A stretch of 64,000 nucleotides of DNA from positions 5,070 through 69,069 of the forward strand of contig JAJDVH010000153.1 of assembly GCA_022826185.1 (NCBI GenBank). The letters run 5' to 3'. The DNA comes from Alphaproteobacteria bacterium. GTDB lineage: Bacteria; Pseudomonadota; Alphaproteobacteria; Bin95. A program made the translations under genes and the position numbers. Below, piece after piece: positions 40,719 to 49,083 of the stretch (its first letter is position 1; each line of letters opens with the position of its first letter). Under the pieces are notes generated by a model, which was not told the origin of the DNA, made no database searches, and worked only from the letters and a program-made list of their open reading frames with translations.

Positions 40719-43700
40719 ATGACGGCCCGCTTCTTCGAGCGCCCGATTCTCAACTCGCCATACGAATATCCGTCGCGACATTGGGAGCTTGACGGGACCA
40801 CCCGCCAGCCGACCGACCGAATCCTCGAACGCCGTCGGGATGTCGATTTCATTACGCCCATTCCTGCGGCCAGAAAGCGGCGGAACACGCAGGAACAACT
40901 GATTCTTCACGAAACCGCGGAACGGATCGGGACGGAGAGCCAGCAATACAAGCTGGCCGAGATGATCGCCAGCATCCGCCGCCAGGTCGATATCTGGCGC
41001 GCGCTGCCGGAGGCGCAATGGCGGGTGACGCCGGAAACGGCCCGGCTGCTACGGCATTGGCGCAATCATAAATTCAACGATATCAGGCCGTTCTTCTGCC
41101 AAGTGGAGGCCGTGGAGACCGCGATCTGGCTGACGGAGGTGGCGCCGTCACAGGGAAGCGCCGGGCGAGCTTTTCTCGAAGAACTCGAAAGGGCAAACGA
41201 AGACGCGAATCCCGGCTTATCCCGGCTGGCGCTGAAACTCGCGACAGGTGCAGGCAAAACCACCGTTATGGCCATGCTCATCGCCTGGCAAACCGTCAAC
41301 GCGGTGCGCCGGCCCGGCAGCCGGCGTTTTACTCGGGGGTTCCTCGTCGTCACTCCCGGCATCACTATCAAGGACCGGCTGCGCGTGCTCCAGCCCAACG
41401 ACCCGGACAGCTACTACCGGGAGCGGGAACTGGTGCCTGCCGACATGCTCGGCGACCTCGGCAAGGCGAAGATCGTCATCACCAACTACCACGCCTTCAA
41501 GCCCAAGGAGACGATGGCGGTTTCAAGGGGCGGCCGTGCGCTCCTGCAGGGCAGGGGGCCGGATCTGCGCACGGTGGAAACCGAAGGTCGGATGGTCCAG
41601 CGCGTGGTCGAGGACCTTATGGGTCTGAGGAATATCCTCGTGCTCAATGACGAGGCGCATCACTGCTACAGGGAGAAACCCGCCGACGAAGACGACGAAG
41701 GCGTTCTCCGGGGAGAGGACCGCACCGAGGCCGAGAAGAACCGGGAAGCCGCCCGGCTCTGGATATCCGGGCTGGAGGCGGTTGACCGCAAGCTCGGCCT
41801 CGCCCGCGTGGTCGATCTTTCGGCCACACCGTTCTTCCTGCGCGGATCGGGCTATGCGGAAGGCACGCTTTTCCCCTGGACGGTGAGCGACTTCTCGCTG
41901 ATGGACGCCATCGAGTGCGGCATCGTCAAGCTGCCGCGTGTGCCGGTCGCCGACAACATTCCGGGCACCGAGATGCCGACCTTCCGTAACCTCTGGCAGC
42001 ATATCGGCAAGGACATGCCGCGAAAGGGCAGAAGCAAGGCGTCCGGGCTGGACCCGCTGCGACTTCCTACCACGCTGCAGACGGCGCTGGAGGCTCTTTA
42101 CGGCCACTACGAGGATACTTTCGGGCTATGGCAGGAACAGGGCATCGAGGTGCCGCCCTGCTTCATCGTGGTCTGCAACAACACGGCTACCTCAAAGCTG
42201 GTTTACGACTTTATTTCCGGGTTCCACCGTACAGGTCCTGACGGTTCTCAAGCGTTGGTACAGAGCCGCTTCCCGCTTTTCCGGAATTTCGACGAGTTGG
42301 GCGCTCCACTCGCCCGCCCGCATACCTTGCTGATCGACAGCACGCAGCTTGAGTCCGGGGAGGCACTGGACCGGAATTTCCGCGCTGCGGCAGCGGATGA
42401 GATCGAACGTTTCCGCCGGGAGATCGTTGAACGCACCGGTGACCGGCAGCAGGCCGAGAAGTTGTCCGATGCAGATTTGTTGCGCGAGGCGATGAACACG
42501 GTCGGCAAGGCGGGCCGGCTTGGCGGTGCGACCCGTTGCGTGGTGTCGGTTTCCATGTTGACGGAAGGCTGGGATGCCAACACTGTCACCCATGTGCTCG
42601 GCGTCCGCGCGTTCGGCACGCAGCTCCTCTGCGAGCAGGTCGTCGGCCGGGCCTTGCGCCGACAGTCATATGAGTTGAACGAAGACAAACTGTTCGACGT
42701 TGAATATGCCGACGTCCTCGGGATCCCCTTCGATTTCACCGCCGAACCTGTTGTGGCGCCGCCACAGCGGCCTCGCAAGACCGTCCAGGTCCGGGCCGTC
42801 CGCCCAGAACGCGACGGGTGCGAAATTCGCTTCCCGCGCGTAGCCGGCTATCGGATCGAACTGCCGGAGGAGCGGTTGGAAGCGGAATTCAATACGGATT
42901 CGACGCTGGAACTGACCCCCGATCTCGTCGGCCCTACGAGAACCCGAAACGAGGGTATTGTCGGTGAAGGCGTCGATCTGACGGTAGAGCGCTTGGAAGG
43001 CATGCGGTTGCGGACGATTCAGTTTCATCTCGCAAACCATCTGTTGAACACGAAGTATCGGGACTCCGGCGAGGAACCGAAATTGCACCTGTTCGGCCCG
43101 CTCAAACGGATTACGCGCGAATGGCTGGACGATCACCTCGTTTGCAGGGGCGGCACCAAGCCGGCGCAAGTGCTGTATCCCTCATTGAAGGAGGTAGCTT
43201 GCGAGCGGATCAAGCAGGCAATCGACCGGGGCAGCGCGCAGCGCAAGGCGAGAGAAGACTCAAGCGAACCTTCCATTACGGCCGTGCTCGACCCCTACAA
43301 CCCTTCCGGTTCCACGGCCCATGTCCGTTTCACCACGACGAAGCAGTCTCTCTGGACGACGAATCCCGACCGTTGCCATATCAACTATGCCGTCTATGAC
43401 AGCGGCTGGGAGGCGGAGTTCTGCCGTATCGCCGATGCCCATCCCCGCGTCCGTGCCTGGGTGAAGAACCACGGCCTCGGCCTGGAGGTGCCCTATCGGT
43501 CCGGTTCCGAGACCCGGACCTACATTCCGGACTTCATCGTCCTGGTCGATGACGGGCGCGGTGTGGATGACCCGCTTCACCTGGTCATCGAGATCAAGGG
43601 CTATCGCGGTGAGGACGCGAAGGACAAGAAAGGGACCATGGACACCTACTGGGTGCCCGGCGTGAACGCGCTCGGTGATTACGGTCGCTGGAAGTTTACG

Positions 43701-43886
43701 GAATTCACGGATGTGTATGACATGGAAGATGATTTTGCCCGCATCGTGGGGCCGGAATTCGACCGCATGGTCGGCCAATTCCGTTCGTCCACCGAAATCG
43801 AATCCAGCAGATGGCTGGCAGAGAGCGGAGGCAGCGCTCCGGACCTCGAATACATTCCCCGTCGTCGAAGTGAAGCGGCCGGATGA
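40719..43886 (+). CDS. Type III restriction enzyme Res subunit (SF2 helicase plus C-terminal PD-ExK endonuclease)
   Basis: Walker A LATGAGKTT, DEAH box VLNDEAHH, and a C-terminal PD…EIK motif (YIPDFIVLV…VIEIKG). Start at ATG 40719. Confidence 0.85.
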   Translation: MTARFFERPILNSPYEYPSRHWELDGTTRQPTDRILERRRDVDFITPIPAARKRRNTQEQLILHETAERIGTESQQYKLAEMIASIRRQVDIWRALPEAQWRVTPETARLLRHWRNHKFNDIRPFFCQVEAVETAIWLTEVAPSQGSAGRAFLEELERANEDANPGLSRLALKLATGAGKTTVMAMLIAWQTVNAVRRPGSRRFTRGFLVVTPGITIKDRLRVLQPNDPDSYYRERELVPADMLGDLGKAKIVITNYHAFKPKETMAVSRGGRALLQGRGPDLRTVETEGRMVQRVVEDLMGLRNILVLNDEAHHCYREKPADEDDEGVLRGEDRTEAEKNREAARLWISGLEAVDRKLGLARVVDLSATPFFLRGSGYAEGTLFPWTVSDFSLMDAIECGIVKLPRVPVADNIPGTEMPTFRNLWQHIGKDMPRKGRSKASGLDPLRLPTTLQTALEALYGHYEDTFGLWQEQGIEVPPCFIVVCNNTATSKLVYDFISGFHRTGPDGSQALVQSRFPLFRNFDELGAPLARPHTLLIDSTQLESGEALDRNFRAAAADEIERFRREIVERTGDRQQAEKLSDADLLREAMNTVGKAGRLGGATRCVVSVSMLTEGWDANTVTHVLGVRAFGTQLLCEQVVGRALRRQSYELNEDKLFDVEYADVLGIPFDFTAEPVVAPPQRPRKTVQVRAVRPERDGCEIRFPRVAGYRIELPEERLEAEFNTDSTLELTPDLVGPTRTRNEGIVGEGVDLTVERLEGMRLRTIQFHLANHLLNTKYRDSGEEPKLHLFGPLKRITREWLDDHLVCRGGTKPAQVLYPSLKEVACERIKQAIDRGSAQRKAREDSSEPSITAVLDPYNPSGSTAHVRFTTTKQSLWTTNPDRCHINYAVYDSGWEAEFCRIADAHPRVRAWVKNHGLGLEVPYRSGSETRTYIPDFIVLVDDGRGVDDPLHLVIEIKGYRGEDAKDKKGTMDTYWVPGVNALGDYGRWKFTEFTDVYDMEDDFARIVGPEFDRMVGQFRSSTEIESSRWLAESGGSAPDLEYIPRRRSEAAG

Positions 43887-44254
43887 TTCTGGTGGATACG
43901 GTGGTGTGGATCGATCATCTGCGCGGTACCGAGCCTCATCTTGAGGAGATGTTGGACGCCGGTAACGTGGTGATGCATGCCATGATTCTCGGTGAGCTTG
44001 CGTGCGGCAACATTCCGAAGCGAGCAGAATTTCTGCAACGAATGCAGGATCTGCCGAATATCCGCGAGTGCACTCATGTCGATGTCATGTCCATGATTGA
44101 AACGAACGGGCTTATGCGCAGGGGAATCGGCTTTGTGGACGCGCATCTTCTTTGTTCAGTTCTCGAGCACGCTGGCATGACGCTCTGGACACGGGACCGA
44201 AAATTGAAGCGGATGGCGGAGACCCTTGGAGTTTCCTATGTGGAAAATGCTTAA
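43883..44254 (+). CDS. Orphan PIN-domain ribonuclease (VapC-like) embedded between res and mod
   Basis: 123 aa (MILVDTVVWIDHL…GFVDAHL…TRD) with PIN acidic residues. ATGA overlap with the res stop, no cognate antitoxin ORF. GC about 52% against a background of about 67%. Confidence 0.7.
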   Translation: MILVDTVVWIDHLRGTEPHLEEMLDAGNVVMHAMILGELACGNIPKRAEFLQRMQDLPNIRECTHVDVMSMIETNGLMRRGIGFVDAHLLCSVLEHAGMTLWTRDRKLKRMAETLGVSYVENA

Positions 44255-44355
44255 CGAGGCTGTTGGGGGCGAAATGCGACGTCCGGACACGAAGACAGTG
44301 CGTGCGGGGAGTTCCCGCTCGATGGCCTCCCTGCGCTTTGCCGGAAACGGTTGAT

Positions 44356-47151
44356 ATGGCGCGCCGCAGCAGGAAGACGCCGAAATCCGTCGAGACCCTC
44401 ACCCACGGCGAGGCGTCCAGGCGGAACATTCCGACGGCGGAGTTCCATCCCGTCATGGCGGAGGAGGAGAAGGCGCCGCGCCCGGTGGTCTATGAGCGCA
44501 ACCGGGACCTCGATCCGCAGCTTGTCTGGCGCGGGAAGGAGGCGCAGGACGCGGCGGACCTCACCGTGCAGGCGCCGCCGCTCTACATCCAGGAGAAGGT
44601 GCATCCCAAGGCGCTGGTAGACGACCTGCTGCGGCAGACGAAGGCGCGCCGCGACGAGGAGGCGGAGGCGGCGCCGGACCTGTTCGCCGATTTCAACGGC
44701 CTGCCGGACGAGGACGCGCGCACGGAGTTCTACCGCCACGACGCCAACTGGTCGAACCGCATGATCCTGGGCGACAGCCTGCAGGTGATGGCGAGCCTTG
44801 CCGAGCGCGAGGGCCTGCGCGGCAGGGTGCAATGCATCTATATCGACCCGCCCTACGGCATCCGCTTCAACTCCAACTTCCAGTGGTCCACCACCAGCCG
44901 CGACGTGAAGGACGGCAATGCCGCCCACATCACCCGCGAGCCGGAGCAGGTGAAAGCCTTCCGCGACACCTGGCGCGACGGCATCCACTCCTATCTGACT
45001 TATCTCCGCGACCGGCTGACGGTGGCGCGGGAACTGTTGACGGAAAGCGGCTCGGTCTTCGTGCAGATCGGGGACGAGAACGTTCACCGGGTCCGGGCGT
45101 TGATGGATGAGGTGTTTGGGGACAAAAATTTCGTGTCAGTAATCACCTTAAAGAAGACAGCAGTTCAGACTGATTTAGCGCTACCCAGTGTTTCAGATTA
45201 CATCATATGGTTCTGTAAGGATATAAATTCAATAAAGTATCGACAAGTATACCTTTCGAAAGGTATAGGAGATCCGGGATCCGAACAATACAAATTAATT
45301 CGAATAGAGGGAGGTCATTTCAGACGGATAAAGGATCAATCTAGCTATACAATTCACGAGCTATGCCGACCAGATAACCTAACGTCTAGTCACGAATACA
45401 GTAGAGGTCGAGAAATTATCGAGTTTCGGGGGCGTCAATTTTCTCCAGGTAATCGCTATTGGTCAACGAGCCCGGAATCTATCCAACGTCTGGAGAAAGC
45501 AGATCGTCTACACGCGGGAACAGGGCGATCCTTGAGCCACGTTAGGTTCCTTAGCGACTTTTCGATTATGCCACTTTTGAATATCTGGACTGATACAGGC
45601 ACAGGCGGTTACGGAGACGAAAAATACTATGTGGTACAAACTACCTCAAAAATTATTCAACGCTGCGTTCTGATGACCACCGACCCCGGCGATCTCGTGC
45701 TGGACCCGACCTGCGGCTCTGGCACCACTGCATATTGCGCAGAGCAGTGGGGCCGGCGATGGATCACCATCGACACCTCCCGCGTGGCGCTCGCGCTGGC
45801 GCGGGCGCGGGTCATGGGCGCGCGCTATCCCTGGTATCTGCTGGCCGACAGCCCGGAGGGGCAGCGCAAGGAGGCCGAGATTATCCGCCGTGCTCCCTCG
45901 GAAACGCCGACTGGCGGCAATATCCGACAGGGCTTCGTCTATGAGCGCGTGCCGCATATCACGCTGCGCAGCATCGCCAACAATGCCGAGATCGACGTGA
46001 TCTGGGAGAAGTGGGAAGAGCGGCTGGCGGCGCTCCGTGGCCAGTTGTCAGTGACCGGTGGCCAGGAAGAAACTCTCGAAGAATGGGAAGTCCCGCGCGA
46101 GCGTCCCGACCACTGGCCACCGGCCACCGACTCCTTGCTCGCCGAATTCTGGGAGCTTCGCATAGCCCGGCAGAAGGAGATCGACGCCTCCATCGCCGCC
46201 AGGGCCGATACCGAATATCTCTACGACAAGCCCTATGAGGACCGGTCCCGCATCCGCGTCGCCGGCCCCTTCACGGTCGAGAGCCTGGCGCCGCACCGGA
46301 TGCTGGCCGTCGACGAAGACGACGAGCTGTTCTCCACCCTCGGCGAAAAGGGCCGCACCTATGGCGAAGCGCCCGACTTCGCGGAGATGATCCTGGAGAA
46401 CCTGAAAACCTCTGGCGTTCAGCAGGCGCATAGGGAGGATCGGATTGCCTTCTCCTCCCTCGCGCCCTGGCCGGGCGACGGCTATATCTGCGGCGAGGGC
46501 CGCTACGAGGAGGCGGACGGCAAGCCGCGCCGCGCCGGCATCTTCATCGGCCCGGAATTCGGCACCGTCTCGCGCCCCGACCTCTCCGCCGCTGCCCGCG
46601 AGGCGGCCGAAGCCGGCTTCGACGTGCTCATCGCCTGCGCCTTCAGCTACGACGCCCATGCCAGCGAGTTCGAGCGGCTGGGCCGCATCCCCGTCCTCAA
46701 GGCGCGCATGAACGCCGACCTGCACATGGCCGACGATCTGAAGAACACGGGCAAGGGCAATCTCTTCGTCATCTTCGGCGAGCCCGACATCGATATCCTG
46801 GACGAAGGCGGCGACGAAATCAGGGTCAGGATCAACGGCGTGGACGTGTTTCACCCGAATTCCGGCGAGGTGCGCAGCGACGGGCCGGACGGCATTGCCT
46901 GCTGGTTCGTGGACACGGACTACAACGAGGAGAGCTTCTTCGTCCGCCACGCTTATTTCCTGGGCGCCAACGACCCCTACAAGGCGCTCAGGACGACGCT
47001 CAGGGCAGAGATCGACGAGGACGCCTGGGCCACGCTCAACAGCGACACCTCGCGCCCGTTCCCGCGCCCGGCCTCCGGCCGCATCGCCGTCAAGGTCATC
47101 AACCATCTGGGCGACGAGGCGATGAAGGTGTTTCGAGTGGATAGTGGCTAG
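44356..47151 (+). CDS. Type III restriction-modification Mod subunit (beta-class N6-adenine/N4-cytosine DNA methyltransferase) with a long C-terminal extension
   Basis: Motif IV DPPY (IYIDPPYGIRF) precedes motif I (DPTCGSGTT), with a variable region between. 931 aa. Start at ATG 44356. Confidence 0.85.
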   Translation: MARRSRKTPKSVETLTHGEASRRNIPTAEFHPVMAEEEKAPRPVVYERNRDLDPQLVWRGKEAQDAADLTVQAPPLYIQEKVHPKALVDDLLRQTKARRDEEAEAAPDLFADFNGLPDEDARTEFYRHDANWSNRMILGDSLQVMASLAEREGLRGRVQCIYIDPPYGIRFNSNFQWSTTSRDVKDGNAAHITREPEQVKAFRDTWRDGIHSYLTYLRDRLTVARELLTESGSVFVQIGDENVHRVRALMDEVFGDKNFVSVITLKKTAVQTDLALPSVSDYIIWFCKDINSIKYRQVYLSKGIGDPGSEQYKLIRIEGGHFRRIKDQSSYTIHELCRPDNLTSSHEYSRGREIIEFRGRQFSPGNRYWSTSPESIQRLEKADRLHAGTGRSLSHVRFLSDFSIMPLLNIWTDTGTGGYGDEKYYVVQTTSKIIQRCVLMTTDPGDLVLDPTCGSGTTAYCAEQWGRRWITIDTSRVALALARARVMGARYPWYLLADSPEGQRKEAEIIRRAPSETPTGGNIRQGFVYERVPHITLRSIANNAEIDVIWEKWEERLAALRGQLSVTGGQEETLEEWEVPRERPDHWPPATDSLLAEFWELRIARQKEIDASIAARADTEYLYDKPYEDRSRIRVAGPFTVESLAPHRMLAVDEDDELFSTLGEKGRTYGEAPDFAEMILENLKTSGVQQAHREDRIAFSSLAPWPGDGYICGEGRYEEADGKPRRAGIFIGPEFGTVSRPDLSAAAREAAEAGFDVLIACAFSYDAHASEFERLGRIPVLKARMNADLHMADDLKNTGKGNLFVIFGEPDIDILDEGGDEIRVRINGVDVFHPNSGEVRSDGPDGIACWFVDTDYNEESFFVRHAYFLGANDPYKALRTTLRAEIDEDAWATLNSDTSRPFPRPASGRIAVKVINHLGDEAMKVFRVDSG

Positions 47152-47267
47152 TGGCCGGTGGCCAGTGGATAGTGAATGGTAGATAGTGGATAACGGTTGC
47201 AGGCGGGCCTCGGCCGGACTATCCACTAGCCACTGACCACTAGCCACTGACCACTGGCGGCCGCCTC
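47134..47267. repeat. Palindromic heptamer-repeat element, copy 1 (full inverted repeat). Left arm is about seven NNAGTGG heptamers; right arm is five CCACTNN heptamers plus GGCGGCCGCC
   Basis: gagtggatagtggctagtggccggtggccagtggatagtga… loop gttgcaggcgggcctcggccggac …tatccactagccactgaccactagccactgaccactggcggccgcc. The left arm overlaps the mod stop; the right arm ends 2 nt before the ATG at 47268. Confidence 0.8.
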
Positions 47268-47519
47268 ATGGAAACCTGGATTACGCCGGCGCTGGTCGTC
47301 GCGCTGGCCGCGCTCATGATCGGTATGATCCGCTCGCTGCGCAGCGATCTGGAACAGCGCATCGACAGGGTCGAACAACGAATGGATCGCCTGGAGACCG
47401 GCCAGGTCGAGTTGAAGGAAGGTGTAGCCGAAGTGCGGGGAGAACTGAGGTTTGTCCGCGACTACATTCTTCGGCGCAACATGCCGATGGAAGAGCCGCC
47501 GGCTGCGCCAGCGGAATAG
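47268..47519 (+). CDS. Small membrane-anchored coiled-coil protein (hypothetical; DUF1640-like architecture)
   Basis: 83 aa with an N-terminal TM (ITPALVVALAALMIGMI) and then a heptad coiled coil (LEQRIDRVEQRMDRLETGQVELKEG). Flanked by two copies of the heptamer-repeat element. Confidence 0.5.
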   Translation: METWITPALVVALAALMIGMIRSLRSDLEQRIDRVEQRMDRLETGQVELKEGVAEVRGELRFVRDYILRRNMPMEEPPAAPAE

Positions 47520-47523
47520 GCCA

Positions 47524-47605
47524 ATGGCTGGTGGATAGCAGTTGCAGGCCGGCTTCGGCCGGACTATCCACTAGCCACTGACCACTAACCACTGGCGGCC
47601 GCCCC
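47524..47605. repeat. Palindromic heptamer-repeat element, copy 2 (short left arm, same loop and right arm)
   Basis: ggctggtggatagca gttgcaggccggcttcggccggac tatccactagccactgaccactaaccactggcggccgcc cc ATG; about 90% identical to the right half of copy 1. Confidence 0.8.
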
Positions 47606-48787
47606 ATGGACCTCAATTTCGCCCCTGAAGACGAAGCCTTTCGCGACGAGTGCCGTTCCTTCCTGGCCGAGACGCTGCCGGGCGATGTGGCGCGCAAGGT
47701 CGGGCTCGGCATCCAGCCGACGCTGGCCGAGACGATGGCGTGGCACAGGGCGCTTTACGACAAGGGCTGGGTCGCGCCGAATTGGCCGACCGAATGGGGC
47801 GGGCCCGGCTGGACCGTGACGCAGAAATACATCTGGGACGAGGAGCAGGCGCTCGCCAATGCGCCGCGCCCGATCCCCTTCGGCCTTTCCATGTGCGGGC
47901 CGGTGCTGATGGCCTTCGGCACCGAGGAGCAGAAGCGGGACAACCTGCCGCGCATCCTCTCCGGCGAGCGCATCTACTGCCAGGGCTATTCCGAGCCCGG
48001 CGCCGGCTCCGACCTCGCCGCGCTCAAGACCCGCTGCGAGGTGCATGACGACCGCCTCGTCATCAACGGCCAGAAGATCTGGACGACGGCGGCCCACTGG
48101 GCGAACTGGATTTTCTGCCTCGTGCGGACATCCTCGGAAGGCAAGCGGCAGGAGGGCATCTCCTTCATCCTGATCGACATGGCCACGCCCGGCATCGAGG
48201 TGAAGCCGCTCATCACCATCGACGGCCTGCACGAGGTCAACGAGGTGTTCTTCACCGATGTCGTCGTGCCGCGCGAGAACCTCGTGGGCGAGGTGGACCA
48301 GGGCTGGACGATCGCCAAATACCTGCTGGGCCATGAGCGCATGGGCGGCGGGGCGCTGGGTAGCCAGAAGAATGGCCTGCGCTCGCTCAAGGAGATTGCG
48401 GCGGACCAGGGGCTGGAGGAGGACGCGACCTTCATGCGCAAGGTGGCGGAGGTCGAGATCGAGCTCCAGACGCTGGAAATGCAGATGCTCCGCATGCTCG
48501 CCGCCGTCTCGGCGGACAAGGAGATCGGCGCCGAGTCGTCGATGATCAAGATACGCCGGACGGAGATCCAGCAGCGCCTCTCCGAGCTCAAGATGGAGGC
48601 GGCGGGCTACGACGCGGGTCCCTACCAGATCGAGGCCATGGAGCATGGCTGGAACGAGGAGCCGGTCGGCCCCGACTACGCCAACGCGCTCGCGGCGAAA
48701 TATTTCAACGACCGCAAGCACACGATCTTCGCCGGCTCCAACGAGATCCAGCGCAACATCATCTCGAAGCGGGTGCTGGGCCTTTGA
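47606..48787 (+). CDS. Acyl-CoA dehydrogenase family protein
   Basis: 393 aa with ACAD N, middle, and C domains (…YSEPGAGSDLAAL…). Start is immediately after repeat copy 2. Confidence 0.85.
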   Translation: MDLNFAPEDEAFRDECRSFLAETLPGDVARKVGLGIQPTLAETMAWHRALYDKGWVAPNWPTEWGGPGWTVTQKYIWDEEQALANAPRPIPFGLSMCGPVLMAFGTEEQKRDNLPRILSGERIYCQGYSEPGAGSDLAALKTRCEVHDDRLVINGQKIWTTAAHWANWIFCLVRTSSEGKRQEGISFILIDMATPGIEVKPLITIDGLHEVNEVFFTDVVVPRENLVGEVDQGWTIAKYLLGHERMGGGALGSQKNGLRSLKEIAADQGLEEDATFMRKVAEVEIELQTLEMQMLRMLAAVSADKEIGAESSMIKIRRTEIQQRLSELKMEAAGYDAGPYQIEAMEHGWNEEPVGPDYANALAAKYFNDRKHTIFAGSNEIQRNIISKRVLGL

Positions 48788-48920
48788 GGCGGCCTCGTCC
48801 CGCAAGCCTGCCGGACTTGTTCCACTGCCGTCCGGTTGGCGTCCTCCTCGCCGCCCCGGCCCCGAGCCCTGTCGGCTTCACACATCTGTGGCGTCGGCAT
48901 AGCGTCGCACCGCCCATAAC

Positions 48921-49047
48921 CGTCACCCCGGACTTGATCCGGGGTCCAACTCCGGTTCTCGCGGCGGCCCCGGCGGTTGGACATGCTCTCCACCGGTGGC
49001 AGGCGCAGGCGGTCAGGGATGGACCCCGGATCAAGTCCGGGGTGACG
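48921..49047. repeat. REP-like element: two inverted 27-nt hairpin units cgtcaccccggacttgatccggggtcc … ggaccccggatcaagtccggggtgacg
   Basis: Perfect 27-nt inverted repeat separated by about 73 nt. Each arm is itself a CCCCGG/CCGGGG hairpin. Intergenic between the ACAD and E1-alpha genes. Confidence 0.8.
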
Positions 49048-49083
49048 GAAGGGGGTGTCCGGGCATGACAGGAGACGGCTGAC

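Noticed and set aside
43675-43944. 89-aa alternative-frame ORF overlapping the res 3' end and the PIN 5' end, considered as a hidden antitoxin
   Set aside because: Low-complexity sequence with no RHH/AbrB/Phd-like features; it overlaps two coding frames. No antitoxin candidate was found.
47134-47605. Possibility that the heptamer repeats are a CRISPR array or a phase-variable tract inside mod
   Set aside because: The units are 7 nt with no spacers, so this is not CRISPR. Only about two heptamers lie inside the mod ORF, within its last six codons. A classic phasevarion switch of Mod expression is therefore unlikely; the element is reported instead as a putative regulatory or mobile repeat.
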